Shown here: piece after piece, positions 61,561 to 64,000 of the stretch | Numbering within the stretch: the stretch's first letter is position 1 | How the letters are laid out: each line of letters begins with the position of its first letter | Assembly: GCA_002633005.1 (NCBI GenBank) | Contig: NMRA01000710.1 | Location: 63,151-127,150 of the forward strand | DNA: 64,000 nt | Reading direction: 5' to 3' | Source: Phoronis australis | Lineage: Eukaryota; Animalia; Phoronida | Notes under the pieces: generated by a model | Databases searched by the model: none | What the model was told of the DNA's origin: nothing | What the model saw: the letters and a program-made list of their open reading frames with translations, nothing else | Translations under genes and position numbers: made by a program

Positions 61561-62816
61561 TGAAGTCCCAAATATTCTAATACTCAACCACTTTCAAAAT
61601 CTACAACTCTGAAATTGTATAAAATATTATTCTCAATGTGTTCTGAAAATTCAGGGACCATAAACAGATGTTTTCTTACTTGATTATATACAAGAGCCAA
61701 AGAACTAGCATTTTAGGTACCCATTTGAAAACATCAGAAGTGTGTGTGTCGTAAACTTGAAGAAGACTAGTCCAAACAGCAACGCAGCTGGAAACTAAGA
61801 AAATCAGAAGTTAAACAGTACACAAAAAATCAAGAAATCAGCATAATATGTTGTTATGAATTTCTGATAATGGGACAAATTTCCACTTCTCTTTAAAGAG
61901 GCAAGTGAATGCTCATCGACAATTGCTGACGTCTAGTAGAGCATTTCACATTAACATGTGAGGACATTTTCAGAAGAAATCACAAAATTCACGATTTTGA
62001 ATGATGCACAGAGTTTCTAATGTCCGTCACACTTATGATAAATGCACGCATGCGCTTCCAGTCAGTTTCTTCAAGTTGCTTGAGGTCAAGAACACAACTA
62101 CCAAGTACATCATTTAGCGATTCCAATCAGCCAATTTTCCAAACTGTTTTTCTACCACTAATTTCCCAGAATGCAGACTTTTAATGCGTTATCAAGCAAT
62201 CAATTTCGTACCACAAAATGTTAATCTAAAATCTATCTTATTCAGGTATGCACCAGCCACTCCTACATGCACACACAAATAAGGAAATTGCATCATCAAA
62301 TCTGTCCGTAAAAAGTATAGGTTAGTTATATTCAAAATGTACTTCACTAGTCTTGTTATTTTTTACTCCAAGTATGATCGTTAGACAGTGACAAATTTAT
62401 GCAGCTGTGTAGTATAACTCCTAGACACACACACCAAACTGCCATAAAACGTTTACAGTATTTTGTTGGACATTAAATCGATTTGTAAGTATAGAAACAT
62501 CTTTGCATTTGAATCCAAGAAGTCTGCTGCAATAAAGTGCCTGCTGTGTGCAGATGACATGGACAATGTTGCGTGGACACGACGTATGCTGCTGACTCCT
62601 CTTGCTTTGAAGACGTTGAGGACAGACTGCATGATGGATGAAGCTAAAGCCTATCAAAACAATTCACATGCATAAATACAAATAATAGATATTCACACAT
62701 ACCTTAGTGGCCATACAATTTGGTGGTGTAACTCCTTAAAACACATGTACAACAAAAACACATAATCAAAACTTCGTGACTCATCATTATCACACTCAGA
62801 TGTTCCATTTCAATTA

Positions 62817-63302
62817 TCGCAAAATCGCGGGTTAACGCCCATGCCCGTGTAATCACCCATCCCGGTTTTTGGTCAATTTCAGTTTAAGCGCCCACCGCTT
62901 GGGTAATCGCCCATCCCTTACTTTGTGCTAATTTCCACGTAAGCATCCATCTCTCGGGTAATCGCCCATCCCCAACATACCGCTTACAGAACTTACACTT
63001 AAACCCATGCGGATACGGAATGACATTCAAGCTCCGTGGCATGACATTTTGCAGCATGCTGTGGTTGTTAGATCCTGCTGTTTGACCAAACATACAAGTT
63101 CCGTGCTTGAATGAACAATCCGCAAACTTCCCCAGTTCTGCTAAAACTTGGACATATGCGGTCACTGCTTGGGTAATTGCCTACCCACGACTTTTTTGCC
63201 AATTTTTCTGTTTAAGTGCCCACTGCTTGGGTAATGGCCCACCCCCTTTGTCTAAGGGTTTCCCAATTTAAGCGCACAGGGTGTTAACCCGCGGGTTTAC
63301 GG
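62817..63302. mobile_element. Tc1/mariner(pogo)-type MITE
   Basis: TA flanks; imperfect TIR tcgcaaaatcgcgggttaacgccc / gggtgttaacccgcgggtttacgg; subterminal gggtaatcgcccatccc repeats. Confidence 0.7.
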
Positions 63303-63551
63303 TACCTTCTTGTGGGAATAGCCAGCCTGTCAGTGACATTCGAACCAAGTAGTTATAGCAGGCGGATATGCTCATTTCCAATCCACCACTTGATTTTCGG
63401 AAAACTGACTAGGCCGTCTGACCCCTCCTCACCTCTCAGCATTTGAATAATTTTTTGACACTTTTTATCAGAGATGTCACGGCTATTCTTGGATTGATTG
63501 CCGCTTCAAGATCCTTCTCCAAATGGGTTTTGCTGGTAGCAAATTTGAATA

Positions 63552-64000
63552 GCTGAACTCATGGAGCTATTCAAATTTGCTACCAGCAAAACCCATTTTG
63601 CATTTAATGGGGATGTTTTTAACCAAATTGATGGTATAGCAATGGGTTCACCTTTGGCTCCCATACTAGCTGGCATGTTTTTAGGTCACCATGACAAAAC
63701 ATGGATTGAGACATACACTGGTCCTCACATCTATTTCTATCGACGATATGTAGATGATGTGTTTTGTATATTTGAAAATCAGCAGTCAGCCCAGGAATTT
63801 TTGGTGTATTTAAACTCGAGGCATCCTAATTTGAAATTCAGTGTAGAATTAGAGGTCGATAACATTTTGCCATTTCTGGACGTGTTAGTAGAGCGTGAGG
63901 GTACCTCAGTGATAACATCAGTATTTCATAAGAAGACCTACACAGGACTGTACACTTGTTTTCATAGCTTCACATCCTTTGTTTATAAAGTAGGTCTCAT
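63552..64000 (+). mobile_element. Penelope-like element reverse transcriptase, 5'-truncated, runs off the window
   Basis: Open frame FAFNGDVFNQIDGIAMGSPLAPILAGMFL...YRRYVDDVF...LNSRHPNLKFSVELE....LPFLDVLV...TSVFHKKTYTGLY. Confidence 0.92.

Overview
This is eukaryotic, intron-rich DNA from an invertebrate animal (a mollusc or other lophotrochozoan is my inference). Two host genes could be spliced by hand with GT-AG introns and an unbroken frame. The first is a + strand mitochondrial ABC half-transporter, ABCB8/MITOSUR, with 15 coding exons at 502-21876 and its start codon not identified. The second is a complete, convergent, - strand CD9-like tetraspanin with 7 coding exons at 47121-26444 (223 aa). 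ABCB8 introns hold many unrelated minisatellites. Four arrays are tandem amplifications of an exon edge plus its own splice site, and a fifth amplifies the terminal coding segment and supplies the stop codon. The rest is transposon-rich: four Kolobok-type THAP and/or KolX relics (two with both TIRs and TTAA TSDs), a convergent His-Me-finger nuclease and transposase relic (KolobokP-like), Helentron-type non-autonomous elements, hAT and Tc1/mariner-type MITEs, a tRNA-derived SINE, a CR1-like LINE end and a Penelope-like RT at the right edge. There is also an uninterrupted ubiquitin-specific protease (USP/C19) ORF with intact catalytic motifs next to an array of GGGGTACGTACACTAC motifs. All family assignments come from motif recognition, not database searches.
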